The notes: a model not told the origin generated them from the letters alone. A stretch of 64,000 nucleotides of DNA from an uncultured Chloroflexia bacterium (GCA_963700285.1 CAVOXA010000022.1:1-64000), one strand, 5' to 3'. Shown: positions 50,925-63,800, counted from the stretch's first letter. Program-made: numbers and translations.

Positions 50925-52326
50925 TCAATAAGATGGATTGGAATGCGAAATCTCCAGATCGTTGACCTGCATGAACCTCGGGACAATGACTGCCGTTGGG
51001 TTTCGCGCGTCGTAGCTCTGCGACGTATTGTAGGCGCAGCGAGTCTCTCGACAGCCAGGCCACGTTTTCGCCAAAGATGTCGAGCAAGCTCAGCGTCAGG
51101 CGCACGTTGTATGGGATTTCGACGGAGCCGTCAGGCTTGAGGTACAGGGCCCCAAAGCGTGAGGTGGCCGTGATGATGCCCTGGGAAGGATTGACGATGT
51201 TCATATAGTGCAAGAAGGGAATGTAGAGGGCACTCTTGACCCGGGGCATGGCGGCCAGCTCTGCCAGCGTGCTTGCCGCCTGGTCGCCGCCGTCGAGGAC
51301 CAGGCTCTTGTGTGTGACGGTGTGTCCGGTGGGCTGGGCGCCAAACTCGTCGGCATCGTCTTGATCCCAGACAAAACCCTGGAAGACGCCCGCCTGGAAT
51401 ATGGGGAAGGGCCGGCGCGGGATCCCGGTAAAGTCCTGTTTGAAGGGATAGGTTTCAAGGCGGCCGGGATCGTCCACAAGGGTGAACTTGTCCGAGAGTA
51501 CTCGCTGGCCGGCCTGCTCCCGGCTCAGGAAAGAAAAGCCCCGCTCCATCAGGCCGCCATCAAAACCGATCCAGTTCATAAAGCTGAGCATCTCGGCGGT
51601 TGCCGCGGGCCCAAAGACGATGTCGTACTTGCCCAGGGGAAGCTGCCGCGGTGTATCGTTTTCATAGCGCTCGATCAGAAAGGCCAGGTCCTCACGCAGC
51701 AGGGCCGGGTCCAGATCAGCGCGCGCTTGGGCCGATTGCTCGGCGATCACTTCCCACTTGAGGGTGGTGTGGGCCAGGACCGCTGTGATCTGGGCATCGG
51801 ACGTCCGGAAATACTGGGCGTGTTCCGATTTGGTGTTCATGAGGGCGATGGTGTTGGAGCCAGAGGAAAAGATGCCAGAGAGCTTGAGATCCCCGGTCTC
51901 CAGGCCCTGGACCGCGCTGTTAAAGAAAGCCAGCTTCTTTTCGTTGCCCAGGTTGGCCAGTTCCGCATCATATCCGCTCTCGTCGACAAAGGTCTCCTGG
52001 TACACCGGGACGGTCGGTTGATAGGTGAGCGGTTGTGAGTGCTCGACCATGCCGGCAGCGATGTCGATGCCCTGTTTCATGTCATCGATCTTGGCCAGGT
52101 CGGTGACGAGATCGTAGCTTGCCCGCTTGTGCCCGGAATAGGCCCTGATGCCCAGGCGGATCAGGTGTTCGTTCGTGTTCAGCGAGATGGCCGAGTTGGC
52201 AAAACGCATCAGGTAGCTGTCTTCCTCGTGGTAGAAGATGGCCACGGACGAGCCATTGGCCCCATAGCCTTGGTCCAGTGCGTATGCCCGCAGTTCGCTC
52301 AGGGTCGCCAGTATTTTCTCTCTCAC
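50925..52326 (-). CDS. PmbA/TldE-like protein (frameshift near 51040)
   Basis: MRFANSAI, LGKYDIVFGPAA, FTLVDDP; follows tldD and has no HExxxH. Confidence 0.75.
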
Positions 52327-52328
52327 CG

Positions 52329-53791
52329 CTATTCCCCTATCCTGACATCGTCAAAGCGGCAGACGGGGACGCCGTGTCCGAGCTGCATGGCCTGGTTGGG
52401 CTGCCCTTTGCCGCAGTTTTCCACGTAGCTCAGGCGCCAGGTTGTCTCATCGCCAACGGCTGACAGCGAGTTCCAGAACTTGAGCGTATCGTCCTTGTAG
52501 GTGGCGTTTTTGACGACCTGGGTGATTTCTCCGTCCTCCACCAGCCAGCCGATCTCCCCTGCAAAATGGAACTGTTCGCGGTTGGGGCCGATGGACCAGC
52601 TCCGGTCCCCGTCGACGATGATGCCCTTTTCCGTGCTTCCGAACAATGTCCTCCAGCGAGCCGTCATCGCCGGGATCGATGTTGATGTTGGTCATTCTCT
52701 CAATGGGCACCCGGTAGAAGGAGGAGGCGCGGTTGCAGCCGCCGCTCCCGGCGAAAATCTCCTTGCCGGCCCTGGCGTTGGCTTCTTCCACCATCTGGCG
52801 GCCTGTAATGGCGCCGACCAGGATGCCCCTGTCGATGAGGACCGTGTCCTGGCAGGCGACGCCGTCGTCATCGTAGCCAAAGCTGCCGGGGCTGTTGGGT
52901 ACCGTGCCGTCGGCCCGGGCTGTCAGCTTTTCGGAACCGTAGCGCAGCGTGCCGAAATCGCCCAGGGTCACCAGTGAGCCGCCCGCGTAGGACAGTTCAT
53001 AGCCCAGGATGCGGTCCAGTTCCAGGGGGTGGCCAATGGTCTCGTGCGTCTGCAGCCACATGAGGGTGGGCAGCAGGATAACCGAACGGTTCTCTTTGGG
53101 GCACTGCTCGGCGACCAGCAACTGGTTCATTTCCCGGACAATCCTATCGGCGTTTTCCCCAAAGAGGTCTGCCGTCGATGGATTCCCAACCCCGGCTGCT
53201 GCTGTCCTCTCGGCCGAGCCTGAACTTGCGTTCGTGTGTGACGCCCTCTTTGTCTTTGCCCGAGACCTGGATCTGGGCAAAGACGTCGGTGATCTGCTTC
53301 TCAATCTCGCTGCCTTCCGAGTCCAGAAAGAGGATCTGCTTCCGGATGAAGAACAGGTCCCCGATGCGCTGGAGCACGCCGGGCTGATCGAGACGCTCGT
53401 CCATGTCCTTCAGGAAAGCAACCTTGTCGGCCAGCGGGACCTCAAAGGGGTCGATGGCGCAGGGGCTGGTGAATTCTGCCTGGAGCGCCTCCCTTTCAGC
53501 CAGCCGCACGGGAAAAGTCACCCGCCGCGCGGCGATCTGGGCGTTTCCGAGGGCGCGGTCAAAGACCGGCCCCAGATCACTCAGGTCAGACGTGGCCGAG
53601 AATCCCCAGGCACCCTCGTATAGAACACGAACTCCCATGCCGCTCTCGCGGGCAGAGGTCGTTCCTTTTCAGGTTGCCGTTCCACATCAACAGGTTGTTT
53701 CTTTTTTCAGAGGGAACCCAGCGTGCATCCACGTAGGTGGCGCCCGACTTTTGTTACTCGATCGATCTGTTCTTTGATCTGTTGTCAGCAT
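52329..53791 (-). CDS. tldD: TldD metalloprotease (frameshifted)
   Basis: GVRVLYEGAWGFSA, THETIGHPLELDR, GYDDDG, IERMTN, SWSIG, CGKGQP..LGHG. Confidence 0.88.
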
Positions 53792-53797
53792 GCTCGA

Positions 53798-54238
53798 CTA
53801 CTCCGCCGGCTGGCTGCCGGGTGTTTGTCCATCCTTTAGCGGATTGGGTCCCAATCTGCGGGCCCGTTCCGTCATCTCTGTCGCAATCTCTGCAAAGCGA
53901 ACGCCTTCCGCCGAGGAGAGAAAATGCATCTCCAAGCGCTCCGGCTCCAGGCCGACTTCGGCCAGCAGCTTTTTGGCATAGGTTACCCTTCGTTCAGCGC
54001 CCAGATTACCTTCCAGGTAATGGCAGGTGCCCTTCAGTCAGCCGGCGACGAAAACGGCGTCGGCTCCCTTCTCAAAGGCCCTGAGCAGGTAGAGAACGTC
54101 TACCTTGCCGGTGCAGGGCAGGTGCAGCACCTTGACGTTGGGCGGATAGCTCAACCGCATGGATCCCGCCAGGTCCGCTGCGGCATAGGCACAGTAGTGG
54201 CAGGCAAAGGCAAGAACTTGAGGTTCAAAGTCAGCCAT
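53798..54238 (-). CDS. mvhD: MvhD/FlpD [2Fe-2S] subunit, predicted selenoprotein (UGA at 54038-54040)
   Basis: CHYCAYAAADLAG, PCTGKVD, VAG-UGA-LKGTCHYLEGN; the frame continues with MvhD sequence to TAG at 53798. Confidence 0.88.
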
Positions 54239-54284
54239 GTCCACGTCCTTTGTTACGCGACTCGCACGCGAGTGTCGCGCCAGT

Positions 54285-54339
54285 GTTCGCAGTAGGCGCC
54301 TTAGCGCCGTGAGAGCGCGCTGAAGCGCGCACTACGAAC
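54285..54339. repeat. Inverted GTAG-type REP pair
   Basis: GTTCGCAGTAGGCGCCTTAGCGCC ... GCGCGCTGAAGCGCGCACTACGAAC. Confidence 0.65.
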
Positions 54340-54378
54340 GGTGCGTCTCTCAGCAACTGGTCCAAGTGTAAAGGTTCG

Positions 54379-57300
54379 TCAGGCCGCCAGGGCCAGGTCC
54401 ATGGCTTCGAAGAGGGCTTCTTCTTTGGCCAGGACCTGATCGTCGGTAAAGTGCTGCAACTGGATGGCCCTGGCCGGGCATTCCGCGGCGCAGAGCCCGC
54501 AGCCACGACAGGCGGCCGCAGCGACCTCGGCCGCGCCGGCGATATCGCCCACCCCAACTAGTTGCGGGTTGATGCGCACCGCCCCAAAGGGACAGATGCG
54601 CACGCAGGTCAGACAGGCCGTGCATTTGGCCTGGTCTACCTCGGCGACCACGCCGCCCACTTCTAGCTGCTCTTTGGACAGGATGCTGGCCGCGCGGGCG
54701 GCCGCGGCCCCCGCCTGGGCAATGGTCTCGTCCAGCAGCTTGGGATAGTGGGCCGTACCGGCCAAATAGATGCCCTCGGCGGCAAAGTCCACCGGCTGGA
54801 GCTTGACGTGGGCCTCCAGAAAGAATCCCTCCAGGGTGCACGAGAACTTGAAGGTTTCGGCCAGTTCGCGGCTGCCATCGGCCGGTACGAGGGCCTGGGA
54901 TAGGACCAGCAGATCGGGATCGAGGGCCAGCGGCTGGCGCAACAACTCGTCGTGGACCGTGATGCGCAGCCGTCCGTTGCGGCTCACCCGGGGCTGGCTC
55001 CCCTCTTGGTAGCGCACAAAGACGACGCCCGCTTCCCGGGCGCGGGTATAGAGCGACTCCTGGAAGCCATAGGTGCGGATGTCGCGGTTGTAGAGCACAT
55101 AGACCTGGGCGCCGGGGTTCCGTTCCTTGATGCGCAGCGAGTTCTTGGCCGCTGACGAGCAACAGATGCGGCTGCAATAAAAGCCCGTCTCGTCCCCCTC
55201 CTCATCCCAGGGCCCGACACACTGCAGCATCACCACGGACCGGACCTTGGCGATGGGGGCCCGTGGCCCCTCTTCGGCCAGCAACTGCTCCAGGTCGGTC
55301 TGGGTGATGACGCGCCGGTCGCTGTCGAGCCCGTAGGCCGCGCCGCGGTATTCCTGCCCGCCGGTGGCGATCAAGGTCACGCCATGTTCGATGAGACGCT
55401 GCGTCGGATCGCTGTGGCTGGCCACGGTGGTCTCGAAATTGCCCACAAAGCCGCTCGTTTTGACCACCTGGTGGCCGGTCAGGACCTCAATGCGCGGGTG
55501 GCGGGTCACACTGGCAATGAGATCCGCCACAAAGGCCCGCGGGTCGCCGCCGTCGCCGGTGGCGGTGAGTTTGCGCGCCTGGCCGCCCAGTTCCTGTTCC
55601 CGCTCCACCAGCGTCACGTCGTATCCCTGCTGGGCCAGGTTGAGGGCCGCCGTCATGCCGGCCACACCCCCGCCCAGGATCAGCGCCCGGTGGCTCAGGC
55701 TTTGGGCCTGGGTGTACAGCGGCGCCAGTTGCCGGGCACGGGCGACGGCCATCCGCGTCAGGTCTTCCGCCTTTTGCGTCGCCAAGTCGGGCCATTGGGC
55801 GTGCACCCAGGAGTCCTGGTCGCGGATGTTGGCCATCTCGAATAGGTAAGGGTTCAGACCTGCCTCGCGAATCGTATCGCGAAAGATGGGCTCGTGGGTG
55901 CGCGGCGTGCAGGATGAGACGATGACGCGGTTGAGGCGCTTTTCGCGGATCTGTTCCTGGATCTGAGCCAGCGAGTCGGCGGAACAGGTATAGACGGTGT
56001 TCTCGGCGTGGACCACGTTGGGCAGGGTGGCGGCATACTCGGTCACGCCGGCCACATCGACCACGCCCGCGATGTTGCTGCCGCAACTGCAGACAAAGAC
56101 GCCAATGCGCGGCTCGTCGCCGGGTGCTACCTCGATCTCGGGAGGATAGCCGGCCGGTGTGACCAGGCTCCCCCGGGCTTTGCCAATGGTGGCCAGGGCC
56201 GCCGCCGCCGCGCCCCCGGCCTGGATGACACTGTCGGGGATGTCCTTGGGCTCGGAAAAGGCGCCGCAGACAAATACGCCGGGACGCGTCGTTTCAACCG
56301 GATGGAAGGGGTTGGTCTGGCAGAAGCCATACTCATCGAGTTCGATACCGGTCGCCGTGGCCAGTGCCTCAGCGCCAGCCGGCCGCTCCATGCCCACACT
56401 CAACACGACCAGGTCGTACTCGTCCTTGCAGAGCTGGCCTTCGCCGGTCTCGTAGACCAGCCGCAGGTTGTGGGTCGCCGGATTCTCGGTCCAGGGTGGG
56501 CACGCGACAGCGGACATAGTGGATGCCGTACTGGTCCCGGGCCCGCTGATAGTAGGCGTCAAAGCCCTTGCTAAAGGCCCGCATGTCCATCATAAAGACG
56601 GTGCAGTCGAGGTCCTGTACGTGCTCGGTGGCCAGCATGGCCTCCTTGGTGGCGTACATGCAGCATACCGCGCTGCAGTACTCGTGCTCGCGGTCTCGTG
56701 AGCCCACGCACTGGAGAAAAGCGACGCGCTTGGGTTCCTGCCCGTCGGAGGGCCGGAAGATGTGGCCACGGGTTGGCCCTGATGCCGAGAGCAGCCGTTC
56801 GAATTCCATTGAGGTGACCACGTTGGGGTAGCGGCCATAGCCCAACGCTGTGTAGGGTTCCGGGTCAAAGAGCTGGTAGCCCGGAGCCAGGACCACAGCC
56901 CCTACCTCGACCTCTTCCTCGTAGGGCGCTTGCTGGTGGTCAATGGCATGCGCCTTGCAGGCCAGTACGCACTGGTAGCACTCGGAGCAGAGGCCGCAAC
57001 TGAGACAGCGAGCGGCTTCGGCCAGGGCCTGTTCCTCATTCAGGCAGAGCTCCACCTCGCGAAAATCACCCACACGCTGGGAGACGGGAGCCTTGGGCAT
57101 CTCGACCCGGGGGGCCAGGTCCACCTGGCCGCGGGCGATGCTGGCGGCGATCTCGTCCTCCGTCAGTTCTGTGGTGGGCAGCGGCAGCAGCTCGCGGGGA
57201 GTCAGGAGCGGAACGCCCCGCAGGTAGCGATCGATGGAGAGGGCCGCCCGCCGGCCGGCGGCAATGCCCTCGATGAGCGCCCCCGGGCCGGCCGCCGCGT

Positions 57301-58945
57301 CGCCGCCGGCCAGGATGCCGGGCCTGTTGGTCTCCAGCGTCTGGGGGTTCACCCTGAAGGTGCGCCAGCGTGTGATCTCGAGCCCGTGGTCGGGATCCAG
57401 AAAACTGATCTCAGGGGCCTGGGCGATGGCCGCGACCATGGTATCGCAGGGGATCTCGAATTCGCTGCCCTCGATGGGGATGGGGCGCCGCCGGCCGCTG
57501 GCGTCCGGTTCGCCCAGCCGCATCCGGATGCAGCGGATGGCCGAGAGTTGCCCATTCTCGGATAGCACGGCCACCGGCTGGGTCAAAACATCCAGTTTTA
57601 CCCCTTCCTCCAGGGCATCGTCGATTTCCCAATCGTTGGCGGGCATCTCGGAGCGCGTGCGACGGTAAAGCAGGGTCACGTCGCGCGAGCCCAGCCGCAG
57701 GGCCGTGCGCGCCGTGTCGATGGCGGTGTTGCCGCCGCCGACAACCACGACCCGCTGGCCCAGGTGCACCTCCTGGCCCAGGGCCACCTCGCGGAGGAAG
57801 GGCACGCCGTGCAGGACGCCCTCGGCCTCGTCCTCGCCGGGGATGCGCAGTTTCTGGGGCTCGTGGGCGCCAATGGCCAAAAAGACTGCGGAGAAGCCCT
57901 GGTCAAAAAGCTTGTTGATGTCCCGGATGGGGCGGTTGAGCTCCAGCTTGACGCCCAGGCGCAAGATCTCGTCGATCTCGTGGTTCAGGACGTCGTGGGG
58001 CAGGCGGTAGGCGGGGATGCCGACCCGGGCCATGCCGCCCGCCACAGGCAGGGCTTCAAAGACCGTGACCTGGTAGCCCATGCGCGCCAGAAAATGGGCC
58101 GCGGTGAGACCCGTCGGACCGGCCCCGACGATGGCCACGCGCCGCCTGTCCTCAGGCGGCAGCTCGGCGGGGGCTTCGGGGTAGGGGTGCAGCTCCCGAT
58201 CCTCCTCTGGCCTGCCTTCCCGCTCCCATTTGTCATAAACTGTATCGGCCGCGAAGCGTTTGAGCGCGCAGATGGCCACGGGGCTGTCGAGCTTGTTGCG
58301 GTTGCACTCGGTCTCGCAGGGATGGTGGCAGACGCGGCCCACGGTGGCCGGGAAGGGGTTATACTGCTTGATGACCTCCAGCGCCTCCTCGTAGCGCTGC
58401 TGGGCGATGAGGGCGATGTAGCCCTGGGCGCTGGTGCCGGCCGGGCAGGTTGCCTTGCAGGGGCTGGTGCCCTTCTTTGAGATGACATAAGCGCTGGGAA
58501 CGGCCTGCGGATAGGGTTTGTAGACGGCCGCACGCTGGGACAGGGCCTGGTTGAACTCATTGTCCACGGCAACCGGGCAGACGTCGACGCAGTCGTTGCA
58601 GGCGGTGCAATCCTCCAGGCTGACGTAGCGCGGGCGACGCCGGAGCGTGGCCTTGAAATGACCGGGCTCGCCCTCGAGGCTCAGCAGGTCGGTCATGGCC
58701 AGGATCTCGATGTTGCGGTGGCGTCCGGCCTCGACCAGCTTGGGCGACAGAATGCACATGGCGCAGTCATTGGTGGGGAAGGTTTTGTCGAGCTGGGCCA
58801 TCTTGCCGCCGATGGCCGGCTCGCGCTCGGCCAGGTAGACCTTGACACCGGAGCCGGCCAGATCCAGGGCCGCCTGGACACCAGCGATGCCGCCCCCAAC
58901 TACGAGCGCAGCGCCTATCGGTTTGCCGTTCGTAGATTGTGTCAT
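54379..58945 (-). CDS. hdrA: Large HdrA-like flavoprotein with inserted GltD-like NAD(P)H module (HdrL type); frameshift near 56490
   Basis: GGGIAG, LDKTFPTNDCAMC, CKATCP..GRVCHHPCETEC, GAGPTG, VGGGNTAID, QCVGSRD..YCSAVCC, second FAD domain, terminal ferredoxin motifs. Confidence 0.9.
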
Positions 58946-58973
58946 AGCTCGCTTCCCCGTCAAGCCTTGCCAG

Positions 58974-59858
58974 CTACTTGCCTCTGGCCGCCTGCATGAG
59001 CACCCTGGATTTCACCCTGTTCAACGGCAGCCCGACCTCGTCGGCGGAAAGACCCATGGCCAGGCCCAGGAGCTGTGGGTAGAAAAGAACCGGCAGACGA
59101 TATTGGGTCTCATAGATCTTTTCGATGCGGCGCTGCTGAAACTCGTACATGATGTCGCAGAAAGGACAGACCACGACCAGGGCATCGGCGCCGGCGGCCA
59201 CGGCCCGTTCCAGCTTGAGCCGGGGCATGGCCAAGGCCGTCTGCTCATCCGCGGCCAGGATCCCCCCGCCGCAGCACTGCTCTCGCCCTTCGTAGTTGAT
59301 CGATTCCAGGCCCAGGGCCTGGATCATCTCGTCAAGGCTCCGCGGGTCCTCCGGGTCGTCAAAATCGTCATGGGCCCCGGTTGGCTTGAGGTAGTGGCAG
59401 CCATAGTGGGCGGCAAGCCGCAGGTCCGGGAGATCGGCGGTGACCGCTTCCCGTATGCGCTGCAGTCCAACCTCCTCGTACAGGACCCGGGCATAGTGCC
59501 TGACCCGGATGGTGCCGTTGTAGCGCAGGCCCGTCGCTGTTTCCAGTTTTTCGTTTATGCGCCGGCGCAGTTCCGCGTCTTCTTTCAGCAGGCGGTTGGC
59601 TTCGGCCTGCGTGCCGGTGCAAGAGCTGCACAGCGCGCAGATGTCCAGTCCCTGTTCCTCGGCCAGGGCCAGGTTCCGTGCTGACATCAGCAGCGCGGTA
59701 TCGTGGTCCAGCGCTTTCAGTGGAAAACCGCAGCAGCCAAAGTCATTGATGTCGACGAACTCAATCCCCAGCCTCCGGGCCGTGTTCCGGGCGGACAGTT
59801 CATAGTTCAGGGTACGGACCGGAGCTGTGCATCCCAGATAGAAGGCGTACCTCATCAT
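58974..59858 (-). CDS. hdrB: Heterodisulfide reductase subunit B-like
   Basis: FYLGC, GCCGFP, CSSC, HYGCH, CCGGG, CPFC. Confidence 0.92.
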   Translation of the reverse strand: MMRYAFYLGCTAPVRTLNYELSARNTARRLGIEFVDINDFGCCGFPLKALDHDTALLMSARNLALAEEQGLDICALCSSCTGTQAEANRLLKEDAELRRRINEKLETATGLRYNGTIRVRHYARVLYEEVGLQRIREAVTADLPDLRLAAHYGCHYLKPTGAHDDFDDPEDPRSLDEMIQALGLESINYEGREQCCGGGILAADEQTALAMPRLKLERAVAAGADALVVVCPFCDIMYEFQQRRIEKIYETQYRLPVLFYPQLLGLAMGLSADEVGLPLNRVKSRVLMQAARGK

Positions 59859-60373
59859 GTCGCACTCTCTGCGGCTGGTTCGCCGAGGGCATCCAGGCCG
59901 GTCGCTGCCAGGATCCGCCGGTAGTCCTCCGGCCGTTCGGTGATGGCGGGCAGGCCCAGTTCCGTGCGCCGCTCGTTCTCAAAGGCCGTGATGTCGTACA
60001 GCCGCCCGTGATCCGCGATGAGGTCCACCTGGGTCAGGAACGCGGGCGGGACATGGCCCTCCTGCACGGCGACGTTCTTGATGGCGTGCATCAGGTCGGT
60101 GATGCGCACGTCCTGCGGGCAGCGCTCCTGGCAGGCATAGCAGGTGGAACAGAGCCAGATGAAATCACTGGACAACACCTGTTCCTTGAGTCCCAGCAGG
60201 GACATGTGAATGATGCGGCGCGGATTGTATCGCTCTGTGACCTCGCGGACCGGGCACGACGCGGTGCAGGTGCCGCAGGCAAAACAGCGCGCGATACGCT
60301 CGCCGCCCGGTTGGGCAGCCACCCGTTGGGCGAAGGTCGGGTCTATGACGCTGGCATCAATCACTTGCTGCAT
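59855..60373 (-). CDS. hdrC: Heterodisulfide reductase subunit C-like
   Basis: CFACGTCTASCP, WLCSTCYACQERCP. Confidence 0.93.
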   Translation of the reverse strand: MQQVIDASVIDPTFAQRVAAQPGGERIARCFACGTCTASCPVREVTERYNPRRIIHMSLLGLKEQVLSSDFIWLCSTCYACQERCPQDVRITDLMHAIKNVAVQEGHVPPAFLTQVDLIADHGRLYDITAFENERRTELGLPAITERPEDYRRILAATGLDALGEPAAESAT

Positions 60374-60383
60374 GCGCGCCTCC

Positions 60384-60821
60384 CTACGTCTGGGCCGGCC
60401 TCCTCAGGGGGCTGGGCCCCAGTGCCTGTATGCGGTCGGTCATCTGCTGGGCGGCGGCGGCAAAGGCATGCGCCTGGCTGCCCGACATATAAAAGATGCC
60501 CAGCCGCTCGCCCTCAATGCCGACATCCTCCAGCAGCTTGCGGGCATAAGTCAGGCGGCGCGTGGCCCGCACGTTGCCGTGAACGTGATGGCAGTTGCCG
60601 ATGGGACAAGCGACGATATAGACACCATCGGCCCCTTCCTCGAAGGCCTTCAAGATGTATTCCACGTCGACTTTGCCCGTGCAGGGAAAGCGAAACAGTT
60701 TTACGGTGGCCGGGTAGGTCAGTCTCATGGCGCCGGCCGTGTCGGCCGCCATGCTGCCACAGTAGATGCAGGTAAAAGCCGTCAGCTCGGGTACAAATCC
60801 GTTGTTCGATGGTTCACTCAT
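60384..60821 (-). CDS. mvhD: MvhD/FlpD [2Fe-2S] subunit (Cys form)
   Basis: CIYCGSMAAD, PCTGKVD, VACPIGNCHH. Confidence 0.92.
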   Translation of the reverse strand: MSEPSNNGFVPELTAFTCIYCGSMAADTAGAMRLTYPATVKLFRFPCTGKVDVEYILKAFEEGADGVYIVACPIGNCHHVHGNVRATRRLTYARKLLEDVGIEGERLGIFYMSGSQAHAFAAAAQQMTDRIQALGPSPLRRPAQT

Positions 60822-60837
60822 GTCGTGTCTCCTGGAC

Positions 60838-63800
60838 TCACGCGTAGGCCCACTGGCCGAGGATCGGCGCCTCAGCCAGTACCAGTTGGTCATCGCGGTA
60901 ATGGCGCAGTTGTATGGCATCGGCCGGGCACTCGCTGGTGCAGATCCCGCACCCGGTGCAGAGCGACGGCTCGATAAAGGCCGCGCCGATGATGTCTCCC
61001 ACACCAACCGCCTGGGCATCGATGGCCGGGACCTGGAAGGGACAGACCCGCACGCAAGTCAGGCAGCCAACGCATTTCGACTGTTCCACGATGGCGATGG
61101 TGCCGCCTACTTCGAGACGGTCCTTGCTCAGATAGGTCATGGCTCGCGCAGAAGTTGCCAGGGCTTGGGCGATGGTTTCCTCGATGAACTTGGGATAGTG
61201 GGCCAGCCCCGCGAGAAAGATGCCCTCGCGGGTAAAGTCCATGGGCCGCAGCTTGAGGTTGTCCTCCATGAAAAAGCCTTCGCTGGACAGCGGTACCCCC
61301 AGGATGCGTGCCAGTTCGGGATTTGTCTCCGCGGGCATGATGGCCATGGAGAGGGCCAGCAGGTCCGGGTTGAAGATGAGTTCCTGTTCCAGGGTGAGGT
61401 CGGTGATGTGCACCTGGACCCGTCCATTGTCGACCTGCACCTGTGGCGGGGAGCCCTCCTGGTAGCGCAAAAAGATGACGCCGCGCTCGCGCGCATCGGT
61501 ATAGTACTCTTCCCGGAAGCCGTAGGTGATCAGATCCTTGTAGAGGACATAGACCTCGCAATCGGGGTTGATCTGCTTGATGAGCGAGGCGTTCTTCATG
61601 GTGTTGGTGCAGCAGGTCCGGCTGCAGTAGTGGACGGCCGTACCGTCCGGGTTGACGCACTGGATCATCACCACTTGCTTCAGCCTGCGCGCGCTGTCCA
61701 CGTCCTGGGCGAGCTGCTTCTCCAGCTCCAGTTGGGTGATCACCCGGGGATGCTCCCCATAGAGGAAGGTGTTGCCCTTGTATTCATAGCCACCCGTGGC
61801 CACGACGGTCACGCCGTGTTCGATCTCCCAGCACTGGGGTGGTTCTCCGTCACCGGCATAGTCCAGACGGGTACGAAAGTTGCCCACGTGGCCTTCGTAG
61901 CCGATAACCTCGGTGTTGTAGTGCAGCGCGATGCGCTCGTGGCTGTGGACGCGCTTGACGAGGGAGTGGAGCAAACGCTGGGGGCTCGGTCCTTCGGCGG
62001 TCCTGTAGAGGTACTTCAAGTTGCCGCCCAGCTCCCCTGATTTCTCGACGAGAAAGACATCATAGCCCTCGTCGGCGATGGACAGGGCCGAGGTCATGCC
62101 CGCCAATCCTCCGCCAATGACCAGGGCCGAGCGTATGTGGGGCCGGCTCTCCTTCTGATAGGGCTCGAAACGGCCTACCCGGGCCACGCCGATGCGCATC
62201 TCTTCCTTGGCCTTGCGCGTCGCGCCGGCGGGATCGTCGGCGTGCACCCAGGCGCAGTTGTCCCGCAGGCTCACGAATTCCAGCAATTGCGGGTTCAGGC
62301 CTTCCTGCTGGATGACATGGTGGAACAGGGCCAGGTGGGTGCGCGGCGTGCAGGCGCCGATGACGACGCGGTTCAGATTGTGCTCGCGGATCGCGTCCTG
62401 GATGGCCTCGGGTCCGCCCGGCAGGCAGCCATAGTCCAATGCCTGGGTGTGCACCACGCCGGGCATGGCGCCGGTATGGGCCAGCACGCCGTCCACGTCG
62501 ACGACCTCGTCGATGGTTGGATGGCAGTAGCAGGCAAAGACGCCGATGCGCGGCTCCTGGCCGCTCACGTCCCGCTCGGGTGGATAGTCGGGCTTGGTGA
62601 TCTCGGTGCCGCTTTTTCCAGAAAGGAGGGCCATGCACCGCGCCGCGGCGCCGCTGGCGTCCATAACCGTTTCGGCGATCTCTTTGGGCGTAGCAAAGGC
62701 GCCGGCCACAAAGACACCGGGACGGCTGGTATCCACCGGCTCGAACTTGTCTGTTTTGGCAAAGCCGTACTCGTTCAGCTCGATCTGCATGTCGCCGGCC
62801 AGGGCCACGGCCTTGGGCGGCGGTACGCTGCCCACCGATAGCACCACCATGTCAAAGGTCTTGCGCCGGAGCTGGCCCTTTTCATCCTGGTAGTGCAGGA
62901 TCAAGTCGTTGTTGGTGGGGTCCTGTTTGATCTCGGAGATGCGGCAGCGCGTGTATTCCACCCCCCAAAGGTCCTTGGACTGCTCAAAATAGGCGGTATA
63001 CTCTTTGCTGAAGGCGCGCTCGTCCATGATAAAGACTTCGCACTCGACGCCGGGCAGCCGCTCCTTGGCCAGAACGGCCTCCTTGGTGGCGTACATGCAG
63101 CAGATGGAGGAGCAGTAGGGGTGCTCCTGATCGCGGGAACCGATGCACTGCAGCCAGGCGATGCGCTCCGGGATCTTGCCGTCAGAGGGGCGCTCGACGA
63201 TGCCCTCCGTGGGGCCCGAGCGGCTCGATAGTCGCTCGTACTGGATGCCGGTGACCACGTTGGGATAGCGACCGTAGCCCAACTCTTCCATGGGCGTGGG
63301 GTCGTAGAGCTGGTAGCCCACGGCCAGGATGATGGCGCCGACGTTGATCTCCTCGTACCAATCTTCCTGGTCCAGGTTGATGGCCTTGGTGGGGCAGATC
63401 TCCTCGCACTTGCGGCAGGGCTCGCAGTAGGGGCCCTTTTCGATGACGTAGGCGTTGGGCGCGGCCCGGATCGAGGGCTTGTAAGCGGCCTTGCGCGTCA
63501 CCAGGCCGGCCTGGTACTCGCTGGTGAGGTCCACCGGGCAGATCTTGGTGCATTCGTCGCAGTTGATGCAGAGACTGATGTCCACGTAGCGGGGCTGATG
63601 GTGTACCTTGACCGTAAAGTCGCCGGGCAAGCCCTTGGCGCCCACGACGGTGCTGTTGGTCATGATCTCGATGTTGGAGTGCTGGCTGTGGTCCAGCAGG
63701 AAGGGCGAGATCGAGGGCCGTGAGCAGCCGTAGCCGTGGTCAGAAGTGCCCCGGCAGAGCACACAATCGTGGGTCGGGAACATGAAGCCCAATTGGGCCA

